A DNA stretch of 63,597 bases, counting the filler, from Octopus bimaculoides (taxonomy: Eukaryota), in NCBI RefSeq assembly GCF_001194135.2. It is 9 parts of 8 records of this genome, joined end to end, with 100 filler letters (N's around TTAATTAATTAA, not from the genome) between each part and the next. Parts side by side here need not be neighbours in the genome. Positions count along the whole stretch, not along the records: positions 44,871 to 50,448 come from NC_068987.1; positions 50,549 to 58,930 come from NC_068991.1; positions 59,031 to 63,597 come from NC_069002.1; 6 more parts are not named here. One strand, 5' to 3'. A program made the translations under genes and the position numbers. The notes beneath the pieces were generated by a model. The model searched no databases. It worked only from the letters and a program-made list of their open reading frames with translations, and was not told where the DNA came from. Shown in pieces: positions 49,466-62,847 of the stretch. How positions within the stretch are numbered: position 1 is the first letter of the stretch; each line of letters starts with the position of its first letter.

Positions 49466-50397
49466 GATCGTGAGAAAAATTGAAAATATCCTCAAGAAAA
49501 ACAAAACTAAGAAAAACAAAACAAACATTTTTGTTCAGATTCAGAGGAAACTACCCTCAGTAGTTTCTTTTTTTTCTTTTTTTGAATCAATACCACAATG
49601 CAGGGATCAGAACTGAACTTTTCCATCAACATATGAAGACAAATAAATAAAAATGAAGTTTGCTCTGCTTGAAAATAAAATATATTATCCTCTTGTAGCC
49701 TTTTGAAATACATAAACATACCAGTAAAATAACGGTATTTGAGATGTTCAAAATCATACAAGCAGTAATACTCATGTATGTCTCACACTGACCAACAACT
49801 CTCTATCAATCTTGTAAAGGCGCTTGATCAACTAAAAATCGCTATGAAATTTCCCTCAAATTACACCGGCCATCTTAATAACAGTTGCATGGTGTCCTGG
49901 TCACATTATCCTGAAAACCACCGGGAATTGTTATAATTGTAAAATGTTTCATCAAGGAACAGCTAGGCCAGGTTCAACATGGGACTCAACTGTAACAACA
50001 GTATCAACTTTCCACCCACCGTAAACTGTTATTGAATGAGATCCTATGTACGATTTAATTAGATTAGTAACAAGAGAAGTTGAAAGTTGTAATTTTCACT
50101 AAACTGTCTCGTCCACTTAATTGACTGATGACAAATTGTGGTAGAAATAGCAGCCAATTCACACTCAAATCACGTCTTACAGTTGAATGAAGAAGATGGC
50201 TACACTGGATTGTGTAATTATAGACACATTATGTCAGAAAAGATAAGATGTTATTCTCGCATCATTTTGTCGCGCACAATATAAACATACTCGAACCGAT
50301 CAGACTTGAACGAACTACAACAGCAGTAACTAATGGCGAACGAAAAAAGTGAAGACGACTATTATTTTATAACAGTCACATTCTAGCGCATGTATGG

Positions 50398-50448
<51 letters not shown>

Positions 50449-50654
50449 NNNNNNNNNNNNNNNNNNNNNNNNNNNNNNNNNNNNNNNNNNNNTTAATTAA
50501 TTAANNNNNNNNNNNNNNNNNNNNNNNNNNNNNNNNNNNNNNNNNNNNATATACTTTTATAAAACAAATTTTACAAAATATATAGTATCTGTTAACAGTC
50601 TTAGCAAAAAGCTCACAGTTGAGTTTTTGTATATATATATGTATATATATATAT

Positions 50655-50789
50655 ATACGACGGACTTATTTCAGTCCCCGTCTAATAAAACCACTCACAA
50701 GGCTTTGGTCGGCCCGAGGCTATAATAGAAGTGGGACCGAACCCGAGACCATGTGGCCGGCAAGCAAGCTACTTACCACACAGCCACAC
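50655..50789 (-). mobile_element. SINE family B head, internally deleted
   Basis: ccactcacaaggctttggtcggcccgaggctata...gcaagctacttaccacacagccac. Confidence 0.8.
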
Positions 50790-52173
50790 ATGTACATGTA
50801 AATGTTAATAGACATATGCATCCAAATATTCATACATGTGTGTGCGTATGTTTGTATACATGTATATGTCATCAACTACATGATAATCTGCCTACTTTAG
50901 CCTTGTCATGGAAGAGCCATATCCTTTGAGATGACTTACACGTGATTGTCACTGTATATATCCAGGAAATTTGTCGGAAATTAATACTTCTCCTAACGAT
51001 AAAACAACTTCCAAACACATTCAGAGCAAGCAAAGCAGTATAAGCTATTATTTACTTAATTTAATATAAATAATAAAGATGTGTAAATGTCTCTTTGAGA
51101 AATGCCTGTTCGAAACGTCGCTATTCATTCCTTGCTATACAACATTCAGAAACGCATAATCTCAAACAGGCACAAAAGCAAACAAACACACACAGTCATA
51201 TGCACATGCACACATACACACGCATAAACTCGTAGACTAACTCACATAGACACATACACACAATAGTACACATATACACAATGGTATATTATGTAATATA
51301 TTTGTATGTGCTTATGTATATAAAAAACCTTAAATCGGTTTTTAAATGTAGCTATCGCCCGTTCCACCGCCGCCATATATGCATACCTATACAAACATAC
51401 ATACAAACATACATACATACATACATACATACATACATACATACATACATACATACATACATACATACTATATGTACACATGATTGCTGCCTCACTCCGT
51501 CAGATGATAGCCAGATCATATTAAATGATATGAGACGTATACGTATTTGGATTACGGTGACAAAAGCGTGTACAAAATGTGCGCGCGTGTGTGTGTGTGT
51601 ATGAGTNNNNNNNNNNNNNNNNNNNNNNNNNNNNNNNNNNNNNNNNNNNNNNNNNNNNNNNNNNNNNNNNNNNNNNNNNNNNNNNNNNNNNNNNNNNNNN
51701 NNNNNNNNNNNNNNNNNNNNNNNNNNNNNNNNNNNNNNNNNNNNNNNNNNNNNNNNNNNNNNNNNNNNNNNNNNNNNNNNNNNNNNNNNNNNNNNNNNNN
51801 NNNNNNNNNNNNNNNNNNNNNNNNNNNNNNNNNNNNNNNNNNNNNNNNNNNNNNNNNNNNNNNNNNNNNNNNNNNNNNNNNNNNNNNNNNNNNNNNNNNN
51901 NNNNNNNNNNNNNNNNNNNNNNNNNNNNNNNNNNNNNNNNNNNNNNNNNNNNNNNNNNNNNNNNNNNNNNNNNNNNNNNNNNNNNNNNNNNNNNNNNNNN
52001 NNNNNNNNNNNNNNNNNNNNNNNNNNNNNNNNNNNNNNNNNNNNNNNNNNNNNNNNNNNNNNNNNNNNNNNNNNNNNNNNNNNNNNNNNNNNNNNNNNNN
52101 NNNNNNNNNNNNNNNNNNNNNNNNNNNNNNNNNNNNNNNNNNNNNNNNNNNNNNNNNNNNNNNNNNNNNNNNN

Positions 52174-52213
<40 letters not shown>

Positions 52214-52938
52214 AGACCAAGAGTAATGGAGTAAGAGTGGAGGAGAGAGAGTGAGAGTAAAAGAGAGGGAGAGTTTACCAACACACTAATGGCTGTCCTG
52301 GGTCAATAACTGGTAACACATACAAGGGCTTGGCCATCGATAAGTGCAGGGCATTTTTCGCTACGAAAATAAGCTTGTATCAGTCTAATGGAGGATAGGG
52401 GGGAGCCGTTAACAAATAGTGTTCCTGTGTTTTAACTCGCCATTTCATGTATCGTATTCCGTTCGTATAATTCCGCTAATTGCCGTCAAGTTCGTTCTGA
52501 TCGTTTAACTTATTTGCTCTGCATATCTGTAAGAATATGCCTGCGTTTGTGTCACTTGTTTGGCTATGCGTCTGTTAGCCTCCCTCACTTCGCTACAATG
52601 CTCTCCTTTCCCCCACCCCACTGACTGTCTGTCTGTCTGTCTGTCACTCTCTCCCCCCCTCTCTCTCTCTCTCCCTCTCTCTCTTTCGCTATTTCTCTGT
52701 GTATTTACACTTATGCATGCATACATGCTTGTTTTTGTTTTACCTCGTCTTCATGTTTTTATTTTTGGTCCATATGTATGTATACATGTACGCACGTACG
52801 TACGTACGTACGTATGCACATGTATGTATGTATGCGCATATGTATATAAATAAAACTAATATACGACAACATGATAAGAACAGGAAGAAGAACAACAACA
52901 ACAATAGAATGGAAAATGAAAATAATGATAATAATAAT

Positions 52939-53153
52939 CCTTTCTACTGAGGGCACAAGGCCTGAAATTTGGGGGGAGGGGGGTCTAGTCGATTACATCG
53001 ACCTCAGTATTTATCTGGTACTTATTTAATCGACTCCCAAGGGATGAAAGGCAAAGTCGACCTCGGCGGAATTTGAACTCAGAACGTAGCGACGGGCGTA
53101 ATACCGCTAAGCATTCCGTCCAACGTGCTAACGATTCTGCCAGCTCGCCGCCC

Positions 53154-53154
<1 letters not shown>
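52939..53154 (-). mobile_element. SINE family A, near full length
   Basis: gatgaaaggcaaagtcgacctcggcggaatttgaactcag...ctgccagctcgccgccc; (AAT)n on both sides. Confidence 0.9.
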
Positions 53155-53232
<78 letters not shown>

Positions 53233-53501
53233 NNNNNNNNNNNNNNNNNNNNNNNNNNNNNNNNNNNNNNNNNNNNNNNNNNNNNNNNNNNNNNNNNNNN
53301 NNNNNNNNNNNNNNNNNNNNNNNNNNNNNNNNNNNNNNNNNNNNNNNNNNNNNNNNNNNNNNNNNNNNNNNNNNNNNNNNNNNNNNNNNNNNNNNNNNNN
53401 NNNNNNNNNNTTAAATGGCTGACGCTAGAGACGTTTAATAAACAAAAATTCTCAGGTGTCTGTAAGAGGAAAAAGAAAAAATTCTATAATTCTATCATCA
53501 T

Positions 53502-53549
<48 letters not shown>

Positions 53550-53559
53550 TACATATATG

Positions 53560-53590
<31 letters not shown>

Positions 53591-53745
53591 GCGGCTGTCG
53601 CTTGGTGGTAAGAAGTTTGCTTTCCAGCCAGGTGGTTTCATGTTCAGTCCCACTGCGTGGCAACTTGGGCGAGTGTCTTCTACTTTAGCCACCGACCCAC
53701 CAAAGCCTTGTGGATGGATCTGGTTGATGGAAACTGAGAGCTATT
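53591..53745 (+). mobile_element. SINE family B head
   Basis: gttcagtcccactgcgtggcaacttgggcgagtgtcttctact...caaagccttgtggatggatctgg..gatggaaactga. Confidence 0.75.
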
Positions 53746-53985
53746 CATCATATGCATGGTCCCCCACTAATTCTGCCCGTGATCAGAGATGCACATATCG
53801 TCAGCCACCAAGGGACATGCTCAACTAGTCATGGTCAAACAACTGATAAGCAGATCTGTGGTATTAAGCAGAATATTTGCTGAGGCCCATCTTTTTATAC
53901 CAACACAAAACATTGTACATGATAACACTTCCAATCAATTAAGATCAGAAGCCATGAGAACCACTGCCTGGTACTGCATCCGAGC

Positions 53986-54070
<85 letters not shown>
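53746..54070 (+). mobile_element. Probable retroposon 3' portion with long (ATT)n tail
   Basis: About 240 bp of non-simple sequence ending ...gtactgcatccgagc directly followed by (ATT)~27; single copy here, family recognised from recall only. Confidence 0.45.
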
Positions 54071-54645
54071 TCAATGATTTTCTACAGCGTTAGCAATTGC
54101 GTTCAATTTCCTTTATGTACACATACAATTACTTGAAACGTTAAAACCAACGAATTTACAAAATGTGTTGGAGGCGAACATGCCAAAAATATGTAAAACG
54201 AAGTGCGTGGGTTAACGCCGTCACGCAGAAGACGCTTTAAATAGCTGGCTAAAAATAAGGACATACGACTTCCAATTCATTATAAAAGGAACTGAAATAC
54301 ATAACAAATAAATCTATATACAGAAATATTTCAGATCACCCACTCACTCAAATACGGGTGGGACCTTATCGCTTAGGTCAGGTTGGGCCTCTGTTTGTGT
54401 TTCAATTAGGTGCACCCAAAAGTACTGGATAATATCCTTCATGTGTGACGCAAGACATAGAAAAAGTAGCAGATAAAATGCAGGCATCCTACGTCTTCCG
54501 GGTTCTCCTACTTTAGCTCGTGATTAAAATTTTGTTAGAAGTCTCTCCTTAGGCATATGTCCCGTATTGTGATCTTATTTGATTTGCGGTAATTAGTACA
54601 TAGTGACGATATCATTTGTATTACGTAAACAATAATCTGTGTGCG

Positions 54646-54856
54646 TGAAGGCACGTTGCTTAGTAATCAGAGTATTCGTGTCACGGTCGTAAACTCGTGA
54701 GTTCAATTCCCGGCGACGCGGTGTGCCCTTGAGCAAGACACTTTATTTCACGTTGCTCCAGTCCACTCAGCTTCGCAAAAATGAGTCGAGCCCGTATTTC
54801 AAAGTGCCAGCCTCGTTGCCTTGTCACATTCAGTGTCACGCTAAATCTCTCCGAGG
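54646..54856 (+). mobile_element. SINE family D
   Basis: B box gagttcaattccc; gtgcccttgagcaagacactttatttcacgttgctccagtccactcagc (CORE-like). Confidence 0.8.
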
Positions 54857-55170
54857 ACAACGGAAAGGAGTGTTAGCAATAGGTGGGAAGTTAGCAGACG
54901 TCCCGTTTAGAGGTTGGGTGTTGTAAGCTCAATCATGTCTATGTCATGGGAACCACCAAAAGGCCCTTGTCCCATGACAGNNNNNNNNNNNNNNNNNNNN
55001 NNNNNNNNNNNNNNNNNNNNNNNNNNNNNNNNNNNNNNNNNNNNNNNNNNNNNNNNNNNNNNNNNNNNNNNNNNNNNNNNNNNNNNNNNNNNNNNNNNNN
55101 NNNNNNNNNNNNNNNNNNNNNNNNNNNNNNNNNGTGTGTGTGTGTGTGTATGTATGCATATATGGGTACA

Positions 55171-55500
55171 GGACGTCACCAACAGTAAACAACATGAAGT
55201 ACGAAAACAAATGAGTTAAATATGCAAACAACGAGAGAAAAAATGGAAAACAGGACAAGTAACACAGAACGACCCCTCATCAGTTGTCGTCTGTCTATTT
55301 ACTCTTCATTTCGAACATTGAACGACAATATGAGTCTTCGAAGACAGTTGGTCCCATAAATACCAAAATGAAATTTTGGATTAATGGAGTGTCAAAGTTG
55401 GGAACAAAAACAGGACAGTGGGGACATACAAGGAAATAGAACGAAAACAAACGTGGAAAGTGGTTAGACCAGAACGAAGGTAAAATAGTGAACGCTGGGA
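55171..55500 (+). repeat. Interspersed repeat family H (copy 2)
   Basis: Homologous to 11172-11500. Confidence 0.85.
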
Positions 55501-55849
55501 GAAATATTTTGTTTGAAAAGAGAATAGAACAAAGAGATAGAAGATGTCCAGTCCTTACAACGTCGTTGATGAAAAGAAAGGTGGTCACGTGAGGCAAAGA
55601 AAGATGGCTGATGGTCACGTGTGAGCAACGAGAGATAGAGAGAGAGAGAGAGACAAAGAGAAAGAGGGAGAGATAGAGATAGAGAGATAGAGAGAGACAG
55701 ATAAAAAAACGGGGAAGGGGAGAAAAAGCGATTTAGAGACGGATAGGGGGAAACAGTATAGAGTAGAGTCGCATCAGATATATATATATACGTACATAGG
55801 TAACTACATGCACACATATACACATGTATAATATACATTATACATACAA

Positions 55850-55892
<43 letters not shown>

Positions 55893-56611
55893 CACACATA
55901 TATATACATATGTTTATTGCGTATGCACATACACATATACATAAGTATACACAAAATGAACCACAACAAATTTCAATTATTGATTACCATATGTCGTTTA
56001 GAACGCTCGCCTCAATCAGAAGTAGTATAACACACACACACACGCACACACGCACACACACACACGCACGCATGCACACACTCACACGCACATGCACACA
56101 TGCACACATCATCTCTCATATAATCCAGGTTTCACATAACGGGATCAAGACCAACACGGAAGTTCTCGAAAAACACGACTATGCGCACTTTGAAATTTAT
56201 TTCGTTATTTCTAGCAGGTGGCGCAACGGTAAAGGGGCTTTCCCCTCCAGGACGATCGCCTCTGAAATCAGAGATATTTAACAGTGTGATGTTCCCAATA
56301 TATATATAAGAACAAGGACAACAAGAAGAGTGATTCATATAAGATAGAATTGAAGTTATATCTAGGCGAATCGATAAAAGAGTTAGTCATTAGAATTGCC
56401 TGTAGAGGGAAGTGTAAGCGGAGTGGGGGAAGGAAAATGGGGAGAGGGGATAGCTGTAGATACTGGCCAATGGAATTCCAGATAACCATATTTAATAAAG
56501 TTGGTAGGTGGCACTAGCAGTCCGGTGCGTAACCTCTATGCCGTGCACTCAAAATGAAATACGTTTAGGCAATCAGTTATCTATCTGTCTGTCTGTCTGT
56601 CTGTCTATCTG

Positions 56612-56678
<67 letters not shown>

Positions 56679-57584
56679 GNNNNNNNNNNNNNNNNNNNNN
56701 NNNNNNNNNNNNNNNNNNNNNNNNNNNNNNNNNNNNNNNNNNNNNNNNNNNNNNNNNNNNNNNNNNNNNNNNNNNNNNNNNNNNNNNNNNNNNNNNNNNN
56801 NNNNNNNNNNNNNNNNNNNNNNNNNNNNNNNNNNNNNNNNNNNNNNNNNNNNNNNNNNNNNNNNNNNNNNNNNNNNNNNNNNNNNNNNNNNNNNNNNNNN
56901 NNNNNNNNNNNNNNNNNNNNNNNNNNNNNNNNNNNNNNNNNNNNNNNNNNNNNNNNNNNNNNNNNNNNNNNNNNNNNNNNNNNNNNNNNNNNNNNNNNNN
57001 NNNNNNNNNNNNNNNNNNNNNNNNNNNNNNNNNNNNNNNNNNNNNNNNNNNNNNNNNNNNNNNNNNNNNNNNNNNNNNNNNNNNNNNNNNNNNNNNNNNN
57101 NNNNNNNNNNNNNNNNNNNNNNNNNNNNNNNNNNNNNNNNNNNNNNNNNNNNNNNNNNNNNNNNNNNNNNNNNNNNNNNNNNNNNNNNNNNNNNNNNNNN
57201 NNNNNNNNNNNNNNNNNNNNNNNNNNNNNNNNNNNNNNNNNNNNNNNNNNNNNNNNNNNNNNNNNNNNNNNNNNNNNNNNNNNNNNNNNNNNNNNNNNNN
57301 NNNNNNNNNNNNNNNNNNNNNNNNNNNNNNNNNNNNNNNNNNNNNNGGTGGGGGTGCGGGTGTAGGTGTGTGTGGGTGGGGGTACGGGTGTAGGGGTGTG
57401 TCGGTGGGGGTGAGGTTTGTGCGTACGCACATTAATTTATTTGTCAATATGTATTGATACAGTCTGACTCAGCATACAACAGATCGATAAAATACTTGAA
57501 AGATGTCTGATCAACGATTGATGTCAGTTGTGCTGTGGGACTATTGGTGGATAGATAATTGCATGGTTGAGTCGAAAGATAGAC

Positions 57585-57625
<41 letters not shown>

Positions 57626-57860
57626 NNNNNNNNNNNNNNNNNNNNNNNNNNNNNNNNNNNNNNNNNNNNNNNNNNNNNNNNNNNNNNNNNNNNNNNNNNN
57701 NNNNNNNNNNNNNNNNNNNNNNNNNNNNNNNNNNNNNNNNNNNNNNNNNNNNNNNNNNNNNNNNNNNNNNNNNNNNNNNNNNNNNNNNNNNNNNNNNNNN
57801 NNNNNNNNNNNNNNNNNNNNNNNNNNNNNNNNNNNNNNNNNNNNNNNNNNNNNNNNNTAT

Positions 57861-57902
<42 letters not shown>

Positions 57903-57903
57903 G

Positions 57904-57959
<56 letters not shown>

Positions 57960-58037
57960 TGTGAGGGTATGTGTGCCTGACTGTAATTATGTCGGAATGC
58001 ATATAGCTATGTATACACGAAAGAATGTATGTATGTA

Positions 58038-58082
<45 letters not shown>

Positions 58083-58166
58083 AGTTATGTTTTATTTTGT
58101 AATGTATTTAAGTTCTTTTTCACGGCATTCAAGCCTGGTCAGTAACAAACTGACAGATTTTATTAT

Positions 58167-58199
<33 letters not shown>

Positions 58200-58618
58200 A
58201 TTTGCTTTACTATATTTATTTAGGTGAGCAAAGACAGTTCCAAGGCTTTGTGAATACATGAGTGTGACTCAATCTGTACACATACGTAGGTGTAGGCGTA
58301 CATAGAGTCTGGCTTACGTAATTAATGGATGTTCACGTCCCTTTAGTGCAAGACTGTGTCAAGTTGTGTGTTTGAATGTGTGTGTATGTAGGCGTGTGTG
58401 CGTATGTGTGTGTCTGTCAGTGTGTGTGTGTTTATGTGTATGTATGTGCATTTGTGTGTGAGCGTGTGAGCGCCATATGCGTACGTGTGAGTGCTTGCTG
58501 CATATTCAATTTGGCAAACTGATATGAAGAGCTCTTGGATTGACTTAGAGAACTGCTGTTCATTAATCGAATGTATATATTGCACGTATGTGGTTCTGTA
58601 TGTATGTAAATGTGCGTG

Positions 58619-58930
58619 GAGGCGCAATAGCCCAGTGGTTAGGGCAGCGGACTCGTGGTTGTACGATGGCGGTTTCAATACCCAGACCGGGTGTTGTGAG
58701 TGTTTATTGAGCGAAAACACCTAAATCTCCACGTGGCTCCAGCAGGGGGTGGTGGCGAACCCTGCTGTACTCTTTCACCACAACTTTCTCTCACTCTTAC
58801 TTCCTGTTTCTGTTGTGCCTGTAATTCAAAGGGTCAGCCTTGTTACACTCTGTGTCACGCTGAATATCCCCGAGAACTACGTTAAGGGTACACATGTCTG
58901 TGGAGTGCTCAGCCACTTGCACGTTAATTT
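58619..58930 (+). mobile_element. SINE with tRNA head sharing the family-D 3' module
   Basis: A-box-like TAGCCCAGTGG; 3' gtcagccttgttacactctgtgtcacgctgaatatccccgagaactacgttaagggtacac matches the revcomp of 16850-16930 and 20400-20480. Confidence 0.8.
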
Positions 58931-59097
58931 NNNNNNNNNNNNNNNNNNNNNNNNNNNNNNNNNNNNNNNNNNNNTTAATTAATTAANNNNNNNNNNNNNN
59001 NNNNNNNNNNNNNNNNNNNNNNNNNNNNNNTATATATATATATTGTATATATATATATTGTATATATATATATTGTATATATATATATTGTATATAT

Positions 59098-59477
59098 ACA
59101 TTCGTGTACACTTAGACGTGGGAAGACGCTGCAGAAATTTCTCCTCTTAGACAGCATGCGTGAAAACACATTGGGTTATGAATTGCGTCATCGGATCGTG
59201 TCACCAACCACAAATATCAAATTCACCACTCACTGCTATATCAAAACAATAGTCTGCAGGCGGTACATCTTCAGACGTTCTGATAGCGATATGAGTGACA
59301 AATTCGCTATTCGTGGCTGATGACGTGTACCAACACAGAAATGCATGCATTCCATAATCTGATGACGTTAATCATAGGCCAATGCGTTCTCGCACAAGCT
59401 GTCTAAGAGAAGAAATTTTGTTTAGAAGTGTTTCCGCAACGGATGATGTTCCCACGTTCGAGTACATACACGAATGT
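59098..59477. mobile_element. ~380-bp near-fully palindromic foldback element
   Basis: Left arm aaatttctcctcttagacagc...cgtcatcggat pairs with right arm atctgatgacg...gctgtctaagagaagaaattt; pairing continues inward (caccactca/tgagtgac) and outward (acattcgtgta/tacacgaatgt). Confidence 0.8.
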
Positions 59478-59519
59478 GTTAACTACCACTGTACGTATAT
59501 ATATAATGTAACCTCGTGG

Positions 59520-59706
59520 ATATCGTTGGCGATTTTTTCTTCCTCCGTCTTCCCTTCTTTGGACTGTCCTATGTTTCTGACGAAGAGCTCCGCTCGAAAC
59601 GTCAAATTCTCTTTCTTTCCTTTCCTGAGTGTCCAGTAACACAATCTCTATTACGTCCTCGCGTTGTTGTTTTTTGTTGGGTTTTTTGTCGTTTTTGTTT
59701 TTTGAA

Positions 59707-59710
<4 letters not shown>
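59520..59710 (+). mobile_element. Short pyrimidine-rich element carrying a minimal hammerhead, inserted at TA repeats
   Basis: Contains the 59574-59606 motif; T-rich 3' part runs into (TA)n. Confidence 0.65.
59574..59606 (+). ncRNA. Minimal type-I hammerhead ribozyme
   Basis: TTT-CTGACGA-A-GAGC(tcc)GCTC-GAAA-CG-TC-AAA: intact core, 4-bp stem II, palindromic ACGT stem III, GUC site at 59603, 3-bp stem I. Confidence 0.75.
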
Positions 59711-59746
<36 letters not shown>

Positions 59747-59949
59747 TAATGACTGAAACTGGAAACTGGTAAAAGATAAAAGATAGAATGTGTGTATATA
59801 TACATAGATCTCTAAAAATACATATATTTGTATACATGTATATGTAGGCAAAAATGCATCTATATGAATATCTAAGTGTATATATAACAACATACGCATA
59901 CATATATATGCGTGTGAAGAGAGAGAGACAGAGGGGGGAGAGTTGTCAG

Positions 59950-60620
59950 ATGAATTTGTTCATTTTCCTCCGTTTATTTTCATCCTTATTTTTCATCAAC
60001 AATTTTGACAAGTCAGTCAATAATATATTCTCCTTCAGGTTTCATGATTTCCTGTCAATGTTCCACTTCCTTGTCAATGCCTTGGTGTTTGAAACAACTG
60101 GGTTTCCACTTGATGACTTCATCAAGCCACGTTCTTCTTTCCCCGCCGTTGTTGAATGAAATGCCTCGTAAATTGTTGGCGAGCAACCGAGAAAGGTGAT
60201 GATCTGAAGGCTCTAAGCCAAAAGAATACGGTGGGTGCGTTTGAACTTCCTAACCGAGCTCTTGAATGATATTTTTGGTCAAATTAGCGATGTGGATGTG
60301 CTTTGAGAAAGCACACCGCATCGCCAGTCGAGTTGTATGGACACTACCCGTCGAGCCACGATATAATGAAAGAATACACTCTACTAGATTGGCGCGGATC
60401 CTCATGAATGAACTCGTTTAATCGATCCCCACTGAAGTGAACAGGGCAAACGGAACACGGGTAGTCTACAAGAGGGAATTTGTCCTTTTGAAGCGTGAAA
60501 GCCATTTCTAGACAGTTCTTTCGGTATTAGTGCCTTTTCCCTACACAGCACAATTATGCTAAGCAGTTTTGGCAGCTGGGGAATATTCATTTAAAGGCGA
60601 AGAGAAACAGAAGTCAAAAA
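59950..60620 (-). mobile_element. Mariner transposon, internally deleted and degenerate
   Basis: N-terminal AAKTA*HNCAV*G...ERTV*KW.SRFK...RLNEFIHEDPRQ jumps to PHIANLTKNIIQELG*EVQTHPPYSFGLEPSDHHL..LANNLRGISF...GEYIID* (stop 60013). Confidence 0.85.
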
Positions 60621-60829
60621 TAATAATATTTTTATATTTGCAATCCCTCATCATAATCCTGAAAACAGGTAAAATATATTCCAATTTCAAAAATTATCAG
60701 CAAAAGTTTTGGAACAAGAATAGGATTAAAAAATACATAAAGCACTAAAATAAAAACATCTTTTGTGTTAATTCAAATAACATCTGAAAGAAACGAACTA
60801 ATTTATCTGATAACCCAATGTGTGCGTGA

Positions 60830-60880
<51 letters not shown>

Positions 60881-60890
60881 NNNNNNNNNN

Positions 60891-60946
<56 letters not shown>

Positions 60947-62731
60947 AGAAACGGAAAAATGAAGGTTCAACACCGTGAAGTTGGTCATACAATTATCTTT
61001 AATAGAATTTAGTTTAAATTTGGGGAGACCAGCGTTGGTTGCTGGGGGAAATGAGAAATAAATCAAGCAGAATTATAATCAGAGATGTAACTTCGTCATT
61101 TTAGTTGGGAAGAGTATAATCAGAGTTTACGGCGAACATGTGACGTTGATCAGTAAAACCAAAACCTACTGGTGCTGTTCAGGCCTTTCTTTGGCTAGGA
61201 ACTCTAACATTTGTCGGTCTATAGACATTTCTAGTTCTTCTTTTTATCTGGGATTAGATGGTTTCTATTAGCCTGTGTCGATGCCATTAAAGCAACAATT
61301 CTATGTCCGGATTCTGCTATAAAACTGTAGTAACACCATCCACGTCAAAGGGGTGATCAAACTGCTATAAATGTCGGCCAAGCCTCCTATGAATAATACT
61401 TTTTATTTTTAAAATGGAACACATTAGACATAGTATTCAATGTCCAGAAAAGGCACGATTGATCCCAGTTAGGATGTCTTTGATTATAGTTCCTATATTC
61501 CAGACTTGATTTATGTCTAAATAAAAGGTTTAACAACACCTGTGACTGGAAGAACTGTGACGACATCATTGAATTAGGATTTTAATGCGATTTGTGATGT
61601 CAATGAGCGCTTGATCCAGTTTATTGAAATTATTTTGTCCGCTTTTTTATGTGTAAAGTATTTAGTTAATTCTAAAAGGTATAAATCAGATACTCAAATA
61701 CACCACAAATTTATAGTATAATCTTTTTCTTTGTGTGCATCGATGTGTGTGTCTACCAGTTCTAATATTTTAGCTTAAAAAAAAAAACATTATAAAACAT
61801 TCTTTTTAATTAAAAGCATCTTATTATTATAATTATGATCCTTTGCATGCGTGTGCTGTGCGTGTGTGTTATGCGTGTGCGTATGTGTGTGTGTACGTGA
61901 ATGTGTATGTGTGTGTACTAGTTCTAATAGTTTAGTTTAAAAAACCTCCTAGTCAAGCATTTTTTTTTTTTTTTGAAAATTCAAAACGTCTTGCCATTCT
62001 GGGTAGTCGGTTTTATTCTTTGTCAAAATGTTAGAAACTTTATCAGAAATTTAGATTTTCCTTCTGTTCTAATCTCGTTTACAAGAATTCATTGTTGAGA
62101 TATTTTTCTAATCTTGTTGCATGGCATAAAGATTAGGAAGTAAGTCTGAAAGTTCTTCAATTTAGTGAGCTTGTGAAAATCAATTTTGCTGCTCAAGTTG
62201 GCAGAAAACAAGATTCTTTTGAACTACAGCTTTACTAACTACAAAGGAAGAAAAACAAAACATTCCCCAACCCATGGTGTCTGGTTTTTCTAAGAGTTTG
62301 CAGATTTTGCTTTAGCTGTAATTCCTAAGTTCTGCGAGGGTGAAATATCACATTCAAATCTCAAATGAATAAATCAGAAGGAAGCAACGAAGCCTAACAT
62401 ACGTTTAATATGAATCTTTGTTCCAAATAGACAACTCCAGGATTATAAATCAGTCTGTTCATGCTGAATGTCGAAAGTATTAACCTACAAAGATGGTGTT
62501 GTGTGTTGATATTTCTGTTGTACTCTTGTAGATTCTACATTAGTTATTGTAGGAAACAGTTAAGGAATTGTTGTCCATGTTTTACTACTTCACTGCAAAA
62601 ATACTGTTGAAAGCTACATTTATTCTGCAGCACTTCAGATTAATTAAATTCAATTCAAAGAAGTGCTATTTTATTTATTCATTTATTTATTTATTCATTA
62701 TGCTTGTTTATTTATTTATTTATTATTATTA

Positions 62732-62765
<34 letters not shown>

Positions 62766-62766
62766 G

Positions 62767-62847
<81 letters not shown>

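Noticed and set aside
51090-51125. gaa..ttc-GAAACGTC
   Set aside because: No CTGANGA box upstream.
55280-55330. Type-II hammerhead in family H (GAAA upstream of CTGATGA on minus strand)
   Set aside because: Stems II and III cannot be paired; the 11-kb copy has CTGATAA.
59317-59350. CTGATGA-gtgt/acac-GAAA inside the foldback
   Set aside because: No valid NUH site or stem I; explained as part of the palindromic arm.
60030-60160. Plus-strand exon after the strong acceptor ttctccttcag|
   Set aside because: The region is the antisense of a mariner transposase C-terminus.
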